A stretch of DNA of 64,000 nt from Nitrospirota bacterium (lineage in GTDB: Bacteria; Nitrospirota; UBA9217). The DNA is taken from the NCBI GenBank assembly GCA_963796285.1, contig CAWCKW010000012.1:384001-448000 (forward strand), in the 5' to 3' direction. The position numbers and the translations under genes were made by a program. Below, one piece after another: positions 62,418 through 64,000 of this stretch. The stretch's first letter is position 1, and every line of letters starts with the position of its first letter. Under the pieces are notes generated by a model, which did no database searches, was not told the origin of the DNA, and saw only the letters and a program-made list of their open reading frames with translations.

Positions 62418-62531
62418 TACTGATTCCCCAGTATTTTCACGGTCCTGATTTAAGTCTTTACAGAAACTAGAACCTGTGGTATAAATTATGCATATGGCGG
62501 CCCCGCAGGCCGCCATACTATCTTTAAGGTC

Positions 62532-63104
62532 TTGACTATTATGTTCAGAGTGAACTTTTATAAAGTGATCGCAACAGTCCTCATCATCACCGCATTTGCC
62601 TTTGGTGGTTACTTTCTTTTACGAGGAACAGAAATCACCATACCCGCCCTCTTTCATCCTGTCACCGGGGTGCGACTGCTCATGAGCATGGACGGGTTCA
62701 AATTCACCAAATCAGAGAACGGACGGGTCTCGTGGCGCATGAACGCCCGGAGTGCGGACCTGTATGAGAACAAGGAGGCCCAATTAAAGGACATTAAAAT
62801 TGTGTTTACGAGCCCGGAGAACAAGGAGGCAACGCTCCTTGGTGAAGCAGGGACAATGGACACGTCAAACGGGAATTCTTCTATCCGCCGGGTGACACGT
62901 GCGGTCAGGGTCATTACGAGCGACGGCTATCTGCTGACGACAGACTCACTTTTTTGTAAGGCGGTCGAACGGGTTGTCTGGACCGCTGATCCTTTTAAGC
63001 TGCTCGGAAGCGAGATATACCTCGAAGGGGTAGGACTATCTGCGAATGTGGACTTGCGTAAGATCATGGTCAAGAACAATGTCAAAGCAGTTCTTCAGGA
63101 ATAG
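62532..63104 (+). CDS. lptC: LPS export protein LptC
   Basis: N-terminal TM, W...A.SA, LTTDSL, G.GL beta-jellyroll pattern; synteny with lptA and lptB. Confidence 0.82.
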   Translation: MTIMFRVNFYKVIATVLIITAFAFGGYFLLRGTEITIPALFHPVTGVRLLMSMDGFKFTKSENGRVSWRMNARSADLYENKEAQLKDIKIVFTSPENKEATLLGEAGTMDTSNGNSSIRRVTRAVRVITSDGYLLTTDSLFCKAVERVVWTADPFKLLGSEIYLEGVGLSANVDLRKIMVKNNVKAVLQE

Positions 63105-63579
63105 CCTGTTCCTCATTGCATCCCTGCTCGTCATTGCGGCGTCATCGGCTGATGCGCGCTCCGGCAAGAGTACGCGGGAACCCCTGGTGATCACTTCGAA
63201 CCGCATGGATGCGGAAAAGCTCGGCGACAAGGTAACATTTACGGGAAAGGTGACCCTTAAAAAAGAAGGCATGACGCTAACATCGGACGTTATGATCGTA
63301 TATTACGATGTCGGATCGAAGGACATCAGAAAAGTCGAGGCGCACGGCAATGTTGAAGTACGCAAGGATGGCAGGGTGGCGCTCTCGAACGATGCGCTGT
63401 ATTCCAGGCGTGAAGAAACCATTGTTCTCACGGGAAACGCCACTATCATCGAGAACGAAAACAAGCTGGGCGGAGAAAAAATAACACTTTTCATGGCCGA
63501 TGACCGCAGCATCGTTGAAGGCGGTGGGAAGGTAATGTTTTACAAGGACAAGGCGCAGGAGAACAGGAAGAGAATGTAG
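63079..63579 (+). CDS. lptA: LPS transport periplasmic protein LptA
   Basis: PLVITSNRM, FTGKV, AHGNV, LTGNA, GEKIT. Confidence 0.88.
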   Translation: MSKQFFRNSLFLIASLLVIAASSADARSGKSTREPLVITSNRMDAEKLGDKVTFTGKVTLKKEGMTLTSDVMIVYYDVGSKDIRKVEAHGNVEVRKDGRVALSNDALYSRREETIVLTGNATIIENENKLGGEKITLFMADDRSIVEGGGKVMFYKDKAQENRKRM

Positions 63580-63584
63580 CCGAT

Positions 63585-64000
63585 ATGGATGAAACGCAGG
63601 CGCTTGAGGCCATAAAACTGGAAAAGAGCTACCGTGGCAGAAAGATCGTCCGGGGCATAAGTCTGCAGGTCGAACATGGAGAGGTCGTCGGGCTTCTCGG
63701 ACCGAACGGGGCGGGCAAGACAACGACATTCTACATGGTCGTTGGGCTTGTCCGGCCGGACCAGGGTGTGGTCCGTCTGGACGGCAAGGATATCACAAAA
63801 ATGCCGATGTATCAGCGGGCGAAGAACGGCATCGGCTATCTGCCCCAGGAACCGTCCGTCTTCCGGAAGTTGACCGTGGGTGAGAACCTGATGGCCATTC
63901 TCGAGACCATGGACCTATCAGGCCTTGAACGCAAGGAGCGACGGGACCAGTTGCTGACCGAACTGGGAATCTCGCACCTGTCCGATAACATGGCATATAC
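63585..64000 (+). CDS. lptB: LPS export ABC ATPase LptB (runs off the window end)
   Basis: GEVVGLLGPNGAGKTTTFYMVVGL, MPMYQRA..GIGYLPQEPSVFRKLTV. Confidence 0.93.
   Translation, partial: MDETQALEAIKLEKSYRGRKIVRGISLQVEHGEVVGLLGPNGAGKTTTFYMVVGLVRPDQGVVRLDGKDITKMPMYQRAKNGIGYLPQEPSVFRKLTVGENLMAILETMDLSGLERKERRDQLLTELGISHLSDNMAY

Overview
Bacterial chromosomal window of roughly mid-50s % GC (estimated by eye). Gene content and order suggest an anaerobic Nitrospirota- or Desulfobacterota-like organism, probably a MAG (inference). Left to right: (1) a partly decayed PEP-CTERM/exosortase envelope locus (repeat-protein and exosortase pseudogenes, glycosyltransferases, VanZ proteins, wbpA-like dehydrogenase, prsK/prsR); (2) Crp/Fnr, tRNA-Val(GAC), an ABC-2 exporter, and an ArsS-like radical SAM/MerA-like/TVP38 cluster; (3) a pentose-phosphate cluster (rpiB-gnd-tkt-tal-zwf-pgl); (4) cooT behind a terminator-containing leader; (5) the yceD-rpmF-plsX-fabH...fabD-fabG-acpP-fabF-rnc operon, with an acyl-CoA dehydrogenase/EtfB/ferredoxin-EtfA module sitting between fabH and fabD (most interesting observation); (6) a relic integron (intI 3' end, two attC sites plus a half site, HigBA and BrnTA cassettes) with a group IIC intron remnant; (7) housekeeping genes: bioA, degP, PIN/TRAM, yebC-ruvCAB, queH, spoIID, a diguanylate cyclase, an aminotransferase, a Ni/Co ECF transporter and lptCAB. 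Several single-base frameshifts fall in housekeeping genes such as rnc and are probably sequencing errors. All family calls come from motif recognition; no database searches were run.
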